This document shows, one piece after another, positions 1 through 7,867 of a stretch of DNA of 64,000 nt; within the stretch, counting starts at the first letter, position 1; the number at the start of each line of letters is the position of its first letter. The DNA is from Nitrospirota bacterium. GTDB lineage: Bacteria; Nitrospirota; Thermodesulfovibrionia; Thermodesulfovibrionales; UBA9159. The notes beneath the pieces are model-generated. The model saw only the letters and a program-made list of their open reading frames with translations. It was not told the DNA's origin and did no database searches. The DNA is taken from NCBI GenBank assembly GCA_023382175.1, contig JAMCQB010000063.1, positions 133 to 64,132 on the forward strand. The letters run 5' to 3'. Both the position numbers and the translations under genes were made by a program.

Positions 1-519
1 TTCTTTCCGGTAAAAGATGGCCCGGGGCGTGAACAGGGAGCTCCAGCACTGCTGAACCTTCCGGAGGAGCGTCTGGCCGGTCACGTTCAGGAAGGTGTCC
101 TGCTGGCCGGCAAAACTGGCGCCCGGCAGGTCCTCAGCCGTTGCCGAAGACCGGACCGCCACGGCAACATCCTTCCTGCCGCGCTGCTTGCAGAGCTCGC
201 CGTATGCCGCAAGGATTGCGTCCCCTATTTCTTCGGGCATCGACAGGCCCTCGAGGTGCGTTCTGATTTGACGTGAGGCCTCCTCTAATGCTTCCAGATC
301 ATCCATGTTGATATCGGCTAACAGGGCACCGATCTTTTCATCCGCACGGTTTTTTTCCAGAAAGATCCGGTATGCATCTGCTGAAACGGCAAAGCCGTTT
401 GGAACGGGCACGCCGATCTTCCCGTAGAGCTCTCCGAGATTGGCGCATTTTCCCCCGACCCGTGGAATGTCTTCCTTGCCCAGGCATTTGAACCATATTG
501 CCAGATTGCTCTCCTGCAT
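1..519 (-). CDS. ppsA: phosphoenolpyruvate synthase (pyruvate, water dikinase), N-terminal 173 codons; gene continues past window start
   Basis: Not in the ORF track because there is no stop inside the window. My own translation from the ATG at 519 reads MQESNLAIWFKCLGKEDIPRVGGKCANLGELYGKIGVPVPNGFAVSADAYRIF...VAVRSSATAEDLPGASFAGQQDTFLNV. This is the ATP-grasp N-domain of PEP-utilising enzymes. It lies directly downstream of ppsR on the same strand. Confidence 0.85.
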   Translation of the reverse strand, partial: MQESNLAIWFKCLGKEDIPRVGGKCANLGELYGKIGVPVPNGFAVSADAYRIFLEKNRADEKIGALLADINMDDLEALEEASRQIRTHLEGLSMPEEIGDAILAAYGELCKQRGRKDVAVAVRSSATAEDLPGASFAGQQDTFLNVTGQTLLRKVQQCWSSLFTPRAIFYRKE

Positions 520-562
520 AAAAATATCACCCCCTTCTTGGATGGTAAATTCTAATGCGTTT

Positions 563-1393
563 TCATGGTGAGCGACCTTCGATTTCCTGCCTCACCTCCA
601 TGATCTTGTTGGCAACTTCTTCTATCGAACTAACGGTGACATCGATAACCTGCAGATCCTTTATCTGATTGAATATCCGTCGGCTGTAAGCCAGCTCCTC
701 CTTGATATGCGTTACATCCAGATAATAATTCAAGGCTTCTTCACTGTATTTCACCCTCTTTCGCCTGATGAAAGCAAGTCGGTCATATTCGATGGCGAAA
801 CCTACTTTCTGGGTCTTTAACGTAAAAACCTTGTCCGGCGGTCTCATGCCAAGGATAAGGGGCACGTTGGCCACCTTCAAACCGTAGTTACAGGAAAGAT
901 AAAGGCTGGTTGGGGTTTTGGAGGTCCTTGAAACGCCCAGGATGATAATATCCGCCTTCTCCAAAGTCTCCACGCCCTGCCCATCATCGTGCTTCAGGGT
1001 AAAATCAATGGATTCGGCAAGGCGAAGCGATTCTTCTCCGATTCCCCGTAAAAGCCCGGGCTCCAGGAGGGGCATCAAATCCCACTGCTTTCTAATGCGG
1101 TCAATGATCGGGCCGAGGAGATCGATGGCGTACATGTCCATTGTTCGCCTTTCCTTGCGAATCCACGCCCTCAGTTCCTGTGAGACGAGGGAGTATATGA
1201 CGATGCCCTGTGCCGCATGGGCCTGGTTCAGGATCGCCTTGATCTGCTCTTTCGTTTTTATATAGGGAAATTTTTTAAAGACCGGCACGATATCTTTGAA
1301 CTGCACCAGGACCGCGCTTATCACCATTTCAGCCGTCATTCCTGTCGAGTCAGAGACAATGAATATATGTACCTTCTTTTTGGGCGGACTCAT
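563..1393 (-). CDS. ppsR: pyruvate, water dikinase regulatory protein (PSRP, DUF299 kinase/pyrophosphorylase)
   Basis: 276-aa ORF MSPPKKKVHIFIVSDSTGMTAEMV... with the P-loop-like GVSRTSKTPTSLYL. The pattern is typical of the PSRP family, and the gene is adjacent to ppsA. Confidence 0.9.
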   Translation of the reverse strand: MSPPKKKVHIFIVSDSTGMTAEMVISAVLVQFKDIVPVFKKFPYIKTKEQIKAILNQAHAAQGIVIYSLVSQELRAWIRKERRTMDMYAIDLLGPIIDRIRKQWDLMPLLEPGLLRGIGEESLRLAESIDFTLKHDDGQGVETLEKADIIILGVSRTSKTPTSLYLSCNYGLKVANVPLILGMRPPDKVFTLKTQKVGFAIEYDRLAFIRRKRVKYSEEALNYYLDVTHIKEELAYSRRIFNQIKDLQVIDVTVSSIEEVANKIMEVRQEIEGRSP

Positions 1394-1532
1394 AGGCTAC
1401 GGGTTCAGAAAGCACCTCGTTCCACCAACATCTCTCACGGGAGGCGCTGCCTCCCTATTAGTATCGAAGCAAACCTCAGGACGGTATTCCCCGCATCTTC
1501 GATTCCGTTGGAGCCTGGCATAAGGTGTATTT

Positions 1533-1579
1533 AAAGTATACTATTTTTTTCTAAAAAAGTTTCAAAAAAAATATACTTT
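1533..1579. repeat. AT-rich inverted repeat in the uvrA/ppsR intergenic region
   Basis: AAAGTATAC-TATTTTTTT ... AAAAAAAATA-TACTTT. The arms are read directly from the sequence. Its function (terminator or operator) is unknown. Confidence 0.4.
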
Positions 1580-1671
1580 GGAGAGCATTTAGGGTCACAT
1601 GACATTGTGTATCTGTAAGTGGAAGTGACGGGTCAGCATTGCTGGAGCGGCATGTCTGCCAATAAACATAA

Positions 1672-4446
1672 TTAATCGCCCAGAACACTCTTCAGATACT
1701 TCCCCGTATAGGACTCGCTGACTTTTACGATCTCCTCGGGCGTTCCCTCGAAGATGATCCTGCCGCCCTGGTCGCCGCCCTCGGGTCCGAGATCAACAAT
1801 CCAGTCCGAGGCTGCGATGACGTCAAGGTTATGCTCTATCACCACAACACTATTGCCCGCGTCCACCAGCCTTCGAAGCACATCGATGAGCAGTTTCACG
1901 TCATTGAAATGGAGGCCGACGGTGGGCTCGTCAAGGATATACAGGAATCCTTTACCCCCCCATCCCCCCCTTGCCAAGGGGGGGTGTGAGGGGGGTAGTT
2001 CAGAACATATCTTGAGCCTCTGGGCTTCACCTCCTGACAGGGTGGTGGCGGGCTGCCCCAGCTTGAGGTACCCCAGACCCACCTCTTTCATGAGGGAAAG
2101 CCTGCTGAATACTGCCGGCACATCAGAAAAGACCTCCAGGGCCTCGTCAACGGTCATGTCCAGGACATCGACGATATTCTTGCCCCTATAGATGACCTTC
2201 AGGGCCTCGGGTCTGTATCTCCTGCCGCTGCACTCTTCGCACTTGATAAAAATGTCTTCGAAAAAATACATCTCCATCTTCTGGTACCCCTCTCCCCTGC
2301 ACGTCTCGCATCTCCCTCCCGGCACATTAAAGGAGAAGAACCCCGGGCCGTAACCGTTGGCCTTTGCCTCTATCTGCTCAGAAAAGAGTTTCCTTATCTG
2401 GTCGAATATCTTCAGATACGTCACAGGGTTTGAACGGGGAGACCTGCCTATGGGGGTCTGGTCAATGATCTTCAGTCCCTTTACAAACTCCTTGCCCTGG
2501 AGGGACCGGTAGGGCAGGGGGGTATCCTCCTGAAGGCCGAAACTCTTTGCCAGCGCATGGCAAAGGGTCTCGACAACGAGGCTGCTCTTGCCGGAGCCCG
2601 AGACGCCGGTTACTGCGGTCAACGTCCTCAGAGGAATTGTCAGGTCAACTTCCTTGAGGTTATTTCCCCTCGCACCATAGAGGATGAGTTCCTTCCGCTC
2701 TCTTTTCAGCGGATGCCTGGCATCGCGGCTGAAGGTTATCCTTTCGATGCCTTTCACATACCGCGCGGTTAACGTGTTCGCATTCAGGAATTTTTCCCTG
2801 GGGCCTGAAAAGACGATTTCACCGCCTTTATGGCCGCCGCCGGGACCGAGTTCCACGATCCAGTCCGCAGCCTGTATGATTCCTTTGTCGTGCTCCACTA
2901 CCACTATGGTATTGCCCATTCCGGAGAGTTCAGCCATTATCTTTGCCACCCGTTCCGTGTCCCGTGCATGGAGTCCCACTGTGGGCTCATCCAGGACATA
3001 GAGGGTGCCCGTGAGGTAAGATGCAAGCTGGTTCGAGAGGTTCACGCGCTGATATTCCCCGCCCGAGAGGGTCTTCCCCTGCCTGCTGAGGGTGAGATAG
3101 TCGAGACCGACCCGCTGGAGGAAGGAGAGTTTAAGGGTGATCTGCCGAAGGATCTCTTTTGCCATATCCCTCTGGAACGGTGAAAGGTCAATGTCCCGGA
3201 AGAACCCGGCCAGGTTCACTAGCGGAAGATCGGTAAGCCCTGCGATGTCCAAATGGGAGATCTTGTAGGAGAGCGCCTCTCTCTGGAGCCGCTTGCCGTT
3301 GCATGTGGGACAGACGGAACTTTTCCTGTATCTGCTGAGGAAGACCCTGACATGCAGCTTGTATCTCTTGCTCTCCAGTTCCTCGAAGAAATCGTCGATG
3401 CCGTAGAAATTCGGATCACCCTTGAATATCTTCTCCTTTTCTTCTTCGGAAAATTCCAGGAACGGTTTTTTCAGATCGATCCCCGACTTCTTCGAGCCGG
3501 CCAGGAACTGCCGTTTCCACCATTTTGCAGCAGGTTTTTCCCATGGCTCTATGGCCCCTTCAGACAGGGAGAGGAGTTTATCCGGGAATATGAGGTCCTC
3601 GTCATAGACCAGAATGTTGCCGAACCCCTTGCATTTCTGGCATGCGCCCACCGGATGGTTGAAGGAGAAGAGAAGGGGTGACGGTTCAGGAAGCTCTATC
3701 CCGCACTCATCGCAGGCATTTGAAGCGGTGAATTTCAACACTGTTTTCCGGTTCGACCCGTTATCCACCAGCAGCACCTTTAGCCTCTCATTTCCCTCCC
3801 TCCATGCCATCTCAAGAGAGTCGGAGAGACGGGGGTCGTCCCTTATCACGAGCCTGTCCAGAACTACATCCAGGGGGGAGACCACACCGAACTCCGTGCC
3901 CTCATCAATGTCCACCACCTCATCGTTCACCAGAAAGCGGCGGTATCCCCGTTTCTTCAGCTCTTCAAGGGACTCTCCGGTTTCGAAGAGGATAAGGGCC
4001 TTTCTTCCCTCATACTCTTCTGTCAACAACCGGACGATCTGGGAGGTATCCCATTTTCTGATCTCTTTGCCGCACCGGGGACAGTAGGGCGTCGAGACCT
4101 TTGAATAGAGAAGCCTGAGATAGTCGTATATCTCGGTGAGAGTCCCCACTGTGGAACGGGAACCGCGCACCGGGTTTTTCTGTTCCAGGGCCACGGCGGG
4201 GCGTATATTGTGGATGGCATCCACGTCGGGTCTGTCCAGTTTTTCGAGGAACAGCCTTGCATAGGTAGACATGGATTCGATGAACCTCCACTGGCCTTCC
4301 GCAAATATGGTATCGAAGGCAAGGGATGATTTTCCTGACCCCGACACGCCGGTGACCGCAATGAAGGTATTATGGGGCAGCTTCAGAGTGATGTTTTTGA
4401 GGTTGTTCTGCCGCGCCCCTTCGATTATCAATTCCCGGATTGACAT
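1672..4446 (-). CDS. uvrA: excinuclease ABC subunit A (UvrA family, somewhat divergent)
   Basis: 924 aa with two ABC modules: Walker A GVSGSGKSSLAFDT and GVSGSGKSSLV, signatures LSGGEYQR and LSGGEAQR, Walker B LYVLDEPTVGLH and LYILDEPTVGLH. Several CxxC zinc modules are present. The motif AEGQWRFIESMSTYARLF deviates from canonical UvrA. Confidence 0.85.
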   Translation of the reverse strand: MSIRELIIEGARQNNLKNITLKLPHNTFIAVTGVSGSGKSSLAFDTIFAEGQWRFIESMSTYARLFLEKLDRPDVDAIHNIRPAVALEQKNPVRGSRSTVGTLTEIYDYLRLLYSKVSTPYCPRCGKEIRKWDTSQIVRLLTEEYEGRKALILFETGESLEELKKRGYRRFLVNDEVVDIDEGTEFGVVSPLDVVLDRLVIRDDPRLSDSLEMAWREGNERLKVLLVDNGSNRKTVLKFTASNACDECGIELPEPSPLLFSFNHPVGACQKCKGFGNILVYDEDLIFPDKLLSLSEGAIEPWEKPAAKWWKRQFLAGSKKSGIDLKKPFLEFSEEEKEKIFKGDPNFYGIDDFFEELESKRYKLHVRVFLSRYRKSSVCPTCNGKRLQREALSYKISHLDIAGLTDLPLVNLAGFFRDIDLSPFQRDMAKEILRQITLKLSFLQRVGLDYLTLSRQGKTLSGGEYQRVNLSNQLASYLTGTLYVLDEPTVGLHARDTERVAKIMAELSGMGNTIVVVEHDKGIIQAADWIVELGPGGGHKGGEIVFSGPREKFLNANTLTARYVKGIERITFSRDARHPLKRERKELILYGARGNNLKEVDLTIPLRTLTAVTGVSGSGKSSLVVETLCHALAKSFGLQEDTPLPYRSLQGKEFVKGLKIIDQTPIGRSPRSNPVTYLKIFDQIRKLFSEQIEAKANGYGPGFFSFNVPGGRCETCRGEGYQKMEMYFFEDIFIKCEECSGRRYRPEALKVIYRGKNIVDVLDMTVDEALEVFSDVPAVFSRLSLMKEVGLGYLKLGQPATTLSGGEAQRLKICSELPPSHPPLARGGWGGKGFLYILDEPTVGLHFNDVKLLIDVLRRLVDAGNSVVVIEHNLDVIAASDWIVDLGPEGGDQGGRIIFEGTPEEIVKVSESYTGKYLKSVLGD
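1953..1997. repeat. GC-rich nested palindromic element, copy A (inside the uvrA CDS, in frame)
   Basis: TAC7-AT-C7TTG-C-CAAG7-TGTGA-G6TA, 45 bp. It is translated within UvrA as PPSHPPLARGGWGG, between the second LSGGE signature and Walker B. Confidence 0.75.
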
Positions 4447-4496
4447 CCAAATATTTTAACATTTCCAACATGACGGCATAAATCTCTGGCAATTTT

Positions 4497-4555
4497 CATT
4501 CCGGGCTTGACCCGGAATCCAGTGCCTTCCGGATTCCCGCTTTCGCGGGAATGAC
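4497..4555. repeat. REP-like double hairpin (gtcattccNgc family)
   Basis: ATTCCGGG-cttga-CCCGGAAT followed by GGATTCCCGC-tttc-GCGGGAATGAC. Related hairpins lie at 32423..32447 and 44746..44769. Confidence 0.7.
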
Positions 4556-4608
4556 GCGCTGTTGTGATTGATGACGCTGTGTATAGAATAACCGAAGATG
4601 GGGGCGAT

Positions 4609-5076
4609 TCAGTTTTTTTCTCTTTTTCTCCTTACAAAGATCAGTACTACCAACAGCAATAAGGCCAGAGCAAGAAGCATGATACTGTTGAATGGCAGGA
4701 TGCTTTCTTCATGGACTGTTATATCGTAGGTATGCGAGATAATAGTTTTTTTATCAGGTTTTTCCGTTTCATGATTTTTTCCCGCTGTAGTGGCTGTCAC
4801 TTGAGTTTGCTCCACAGGCTCTATCGAACCAATCTGTTTTTGGGGTTCTGGAGGATGGATGAATTCAGGTTGAACAGGTTTAACCGGATCGCCCTTTGCA
4901 TCGAGCCTGATAGGGTTCCCGTCCTTGTCATGGAGGTGGTACTCACTGAAGGCCAATTCCCACCCGTCGCAGTTTTTCCAGCATTTGTGGCCTCCCCGGC
5001 CGTCAGTTTTTCCGGGGTGGGCAAGGGCTGATGCTGAAAATATGAGAATCGTTGCGAGGCAGATACCACTTTTCAT
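4609..5076 (-). CDS. YHYH-domain protein, secreted with a C-terminal membrane anchor
   Basis: Signal peptide MKSGICLATILIFSASALA. HPGKTDGRGGHKC...EYHLH matches the YHYH family motif. A C-terminal hydrophobic helix is followed by RRKREKN. Confidence 0.7.
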   Translation of the reverse strand: MKSGICLATILIFSASALAHPGKTDGRGGHKCWKNCDGWELAFSEYHLHDKDGNPIRLDAKGDPVKPVQPEFIHPPEPQKQIGSIEPVEQTQVTATTAGKNHETEKPDKKTIISHTYDITVHEESILPFNSIMLLALALLLLVVLIFVRRKREKN

Positions 5077-5290
5077 GGTGAGAGTGTATATAAAAGGCGA
5101 GATGATGTCAAATGGCTTCTCCGTCAGTCATTATCACTATGTCTTGTCCTCCTCTGGCGGGCTTGTCCCATCTCCTGTTTGAGAATGGAGATGGAGCATT
5201 TGATTCTATGTTTTTTGATGCAAATTTTGTATTATTGAGAATATCAGGTACTGGACCGGGAGGAAAGGGCTACGAGAGGGCTTCAATAAT

Positions 5291-5701
5291 TTGATATCAA
5301 TTCTGAAATATAATCGGTTAAAACTTGGAACCAATCCATTCGTATGGCTCGATCTTAGTACTCCCGTCATTGCGAATATGGTTTGCTTCACTGATGTACC
5401 TATCCGGCACTCCCGTATTCACTGTGCGCGGTATGGGAAGTTTGGTATCGCATTTTCGAAGCGAAATCTTGCCAATGTGGGTGCACATCCGGTTTTCTAC
5501 TACACTCATAGTACGCAACAAGATATAAATAAAATCGTCGCTTTTTTGTGCGATAGCCACGAGAGTCACACGTTCCCCGATGACATATATGAAGCGCTTA
5601 AGCGTCACTTCTATTTTTGCCAGGAGTATGGGCAAAACAGGATAGACTCACGCGACGCCTTAGACGCCGAATGGACAAAGGTGTTTGACACATGCGCATA
5701 G
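5291..5701 (+). CDS. AbiGi-like (abortive-infection family) protein, probably N- and C-terminally degraded
   Basis: The core MVCFTDVPIRHSRIHCARYGKFGIAFSKRNLANVGAHPVFYY resembles the AbiGi (PF10899) motif xVCFcDIPl...H...YG.yGIgf.k.w....g..PV.Y as I remember it. Family-like sequence continues upstream in frame (..REGFNNLISILKYNRLKLG) back to a stop at 5216 with no ATG. Only the TTG at 5291 is available as a start. Confidence 0.45.
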   Translation: MISILKYNRLKLGTNPFVWLDLSTPVIANMVCFTDVPIRHSRIHCARYGKFGIAFSKRNLANVGAHPVFYYTHSTQQDINKIVAFLCDSHESHTFPDDIYEALKRHFYFCQEYGQNRIDSRDALDAEWTKVFDTCA

Positions 5702-5780
5702 CAGAAGCTATTAAGAACCACTGCCGTCCTGACAGAAAGCAATGCAAGACCTTTCAATCGGCGCAAACATGGCTTGGCGG

Positions 5781-5809
5781 ATAGCAGCTTATAAAGCGAT
5801 TGGTATAAA
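5781..5809 (+). promoter_or_regulatory. candidate extended -10 promoter for the DUF433/DUF5615 pair
   Basis: TGgTATAAA at 5801..5809, about 30 nt upstream of the AAGGAGG RBS and the ATG at 5839. The -35 (ATAGCA) is weak. Confidence 0.3.
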
Positions 5810-5838
5810 ATATCAGGGAGTAAGGAGGTAAAACTAAT

Positions 5839-6126
5839 ATGCCGTTAGCACAAAAAGTAAAGCCGAAGCATCCGTATATCGTCTCACTAAAATCTCACTG
5901 CGGCGGAAGTCCGATTATTGCCGGAACGAAGTTTCCTGTGCGGTCGGTTGTCTTTTACGTGTTGAAGCAGGGGATGACGCCTGAGGAGCTTGTAAAGGAG
6001 TTCACACACCTTACCCTTGCACAGGTCTATGACGCCATTTCCTATTACTATGAGAATCGGGCAGAGATTGACAAGGAGTTATCCCTCACGGAACAACAAC
6101 TAAAGGTCAAGGGACAGGCACGCTAA
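5839..6126 (+). CDS. DUF433 domain protein (putative antitoxin-like partner)
   Basis: 95 aa. The pattern GGSPIIAGTKFPVRSVVFYVLKQGMTPEELVKEFTHLTLAQVYDAISYYYENRAEID is typical of DUF433. There is a strong AAGGAGG RBS. The stop overlaps the next start (TAATG). Confidence 0.75.
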   Translation: MPLAQKVKPKHPYIVSLKSHCGGSPIIAGTKFPVRSVVFYVLKQGMTPEELVKEFTHLTLAQVYDAISYYYENRAEIDKELSLTEQQLKVKGQAR

Positions 6127-6479
6127 TGTCCGAAATTTCTCTATATCTTGATGAAGACGTAAGGGTCCTACTGGCGGAAGTGTTGCGCAGCAGGGGATAT
6201 CACGCCACTCATGTCCTCGACGTGAAAAGAACGGGCAGGAGCGATGCTGAACAGCTTGCCCATGCCGCAAAAAACGGGATGGCTATATTGACCCATAATA
6301 TCAGGGACTATATTGTCCTCAATAAGGACTACCAAGTTGCTGAAAAAAACCATTTCGGCATTATCATTTCCGAGCAGCTTCCTTTCAATGAGCTTTTAAG
6401 ACGAACGCTGAAATGTCTCTCTGCTAATTCCAAAGAATCATTGAAGAATAATTTGATCTGGTTGCAGGATTATAGGTAA
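6126..6479 (+). CDS. DUF5615 (PIN-like/Mut7-C-like) protein, putative toxin partner of DUF433
   Basis: 117 aa, MSEISLYLDEDVRVLLAEVLRSRGYHATHV... with the acidic LDED start typical of DUF5615. It is translationally coupled to the DUF433 gene. Confidence 0.7.
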   Translation: MSEISLYLDEDVRVLLAEVLRSRGYHATHVLDVKRTGRSDAEQLAHAAKNGMAILTHNIRDYIVLNKDYQVAEKNHFGIIISEQLPFNELLRRTLKCLSANSKESLKNNLIWLQDYR

Positions 6480-6609
6480 TCGTCTGTGAAAGACCTGTCT
6501 AACGGCTGAACTTCCAATAACAGATCACACGCCCACTCCTGCACTGAGGAGGAAATTAGACTGGGCTGCCAACAAGGAAAGACAAAGCCACTTTGTTTTA
6601 TAATTAATT

Positions 6610-7785
6610 GTGCTCAAAACCATCAGTGATAAAGCGCTCTCAGGGCAAAGGCTTACCCGTGAAGATGCAATCGAACTGTTCCATTCCGACGACCTATTCA
6701 CCATCGGCAGGCTTGCTGCCCATGTAGCAGAGAAGAAGAATGGGAAGAAAGCCTTTTTCGTTGTGAACCGGCACATCAACCCCACCAACATCTGCGTAAA
6801 CCGGTGCAAGTTCTGCGCCTTCAGCCGGTCAAAAGGGGAGGATGGAGCTTTTGAATTAACGATCGAGGAAATCATCAATAAGCTAAAGGACGAAACGGAG
6901 AATCGGAGAATCGGAGAAATGGAGCGACAAGGAAACAGCAACACTACTTCACCGATTCACCCAATCACCGATTCACCCAATCACCGATTCAGGGAGGTGC
7001 ACATTGTAGGAGGGCTCCATCCTGACTGGTCCTTTGAGCGCTACTGTGCGATGCTCCTTGAAATTAAGAAAACGTTTCCCTCCATTGCCATAAAGGCGTT
7101 TACTGCAGTGGAGATAGACTATTTCTCAAGGATAAGCGGGCTGGCGGTGAGAGAAGTTCTTGAGAGATTGAAAAAAAGCGGCCTTCAGGCGATGCCCGGA
7201 GGAGGAGCCGAGATATTTGCGGAAAGGGTGAGGACGAAACTCTGCCCTGAAAAGATATCAGGGGAACGGTGGCTTGAGATTCATAGAACAGCCCACCTCT
7301 GCGGAATACCGACCAATGCGACCATGCTTTACGGCCACCTGGAATCCTATGAAGACCGGGTTGACCATCTCATGAGGCTTCGTGGGCTGCAGGATCTCAC
7401 CGGAGGATTCCAGGCATTCATCCCCCTGGCATACCACCCGAGGAACACCGACATCGGCGGCTTTTACACCTCCGGCATTGATGATCTGAAGACCATTGCC
7501 ATCAGCAGGCTTTTTCTGGGTAACATTCCCCACATAAAGGCGTACTGGATCATGCTGGGGGAGAAGATCGCCCAGGTGTCACTGCTTTTCGGAGCAGACG
7601 ATCTGGACGGGACGATTGTGGAGGAGAAGATTACCCATTCCGCCGGCGCAATGACCAGTGAGGGCCTGACGAGGAAAGAACTGGTGACCCTCATAAAAAA
7701 GGCAGGGAAGGTTCCTGTGGAGAGGGACGCCTTTTATAACGCTGTCCGATTAAGAGCGAGAAAGAGAAATTGTCATTGCGAGTGA
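6610..7785 (+). CDS. mqnE: radical SAM menaquinone (futalosine pathway) enzyme, MqnE/MqnC family; aminofutalosine synthase most likely
   Basis: GTG start. The CxxxCxxC cluster motif is NICVNRCKFCAF. Family blocks PGGGAEIF, NATMLYGH, GGFQAFIPL, IKAYW and FGADDLDGT are present. The family call is firm; MqnE versus MqnC is not resolvable by eye. The gene carries an in-frame repeat insert (6895..6990), and its last codons run into a REP element. Confidence 0.8.
   Translation: MLKTISDKALSGQRLTREDAIELFHSDDLFTIGRLAAHVAEKKNGKKAFFVVNRHINPTNICVNRCKFCAFSRSKGEDGAFELTIEEIINKLKDETENRRIGEMERQGNSNTTSPIHPITDSPNHRFREVHIVGGLHPDWSFERYCAMLLEIKKTFPSIAIKAFTAVEIDYFSRISGLAVREVLERLKKSGLQAMPGGGAEIFAERVRTKLCPEKISGERWLEIHRTAHLCGIPTNATMLYGHLESYEDRVDHLMRLRGLQDLTGGFQAFIPLAYHPRNTDIGGFYTSGIDDLKTIAISRLFLGNIPHIKAYWIMLGEKIAQVSLLFGADDLDGTIVEEKITHSAGAMTSEGLTRKELVTLIKKAGKVPVERDAFYNAVRLRARKRNCHCE
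6895..6990. repeat. tandem-unit inverted repeat inserted in frame in mqnE
   Basis: Left arm GGAGAATC GGAGAATC GGAGAAAT GGAG, a 23-nt spacer, then right arm TTCACCGATTCACCCAATCACCGATTCACCCAATCACCGATTC (GAATCGG / CCGATTC complementarity). It encodes TENRRIGEMERQGNSNTTSPIHPITDSPNHRF between EEIINKLKDE and REVHIVGG. Confidence 0.75.
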
Positions 7786-7845
7786 AGCGAAGCAATCTCG
7801 CCTTTGTGCATGAGATTGCCGCGGTCGAAACGACCTCGCAGTGAC
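7772..7845. repeat. REP-like palindromic element (gtcattgcgag family)
   Basis: GTCATTGCGAGtgaagcgaaGCAATCTCgcctttgtgcatGAGATTGCcgcggtcgaaacgaCCTCGCAGTGAC. It overlaps the last 4 codons and the stop of mqnE. The same modules occur inside the two MITE copies. Confidence 0.7.
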
Positions 7846-7867
7846 AGATTGACAAAGTGTGAGGGGT

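Noticed and set aside
1394-1530. The structured leader of ppsR (hairpins GGGAGGC-gct-GCCTCCC at 1439..1455 and ATCGAAG...CTTCGAT at 1463..1503) as a possible riboswitch.
   Set aside because: There is no resemblance to any riboswitch class I know. The stems are short, and nothing distinguishes them from the generic hairpin repeats of this genome.
6599-6612. TATAAT 5 nt upstream of the mqnE GTG, read as evidence for a leaderless mqnE mRNA.
   Set aside because: There is no -35 element, and a GTG start is a poor leaderless initiator. The hexamer is probably fortuitous in an AT-rich stretch.
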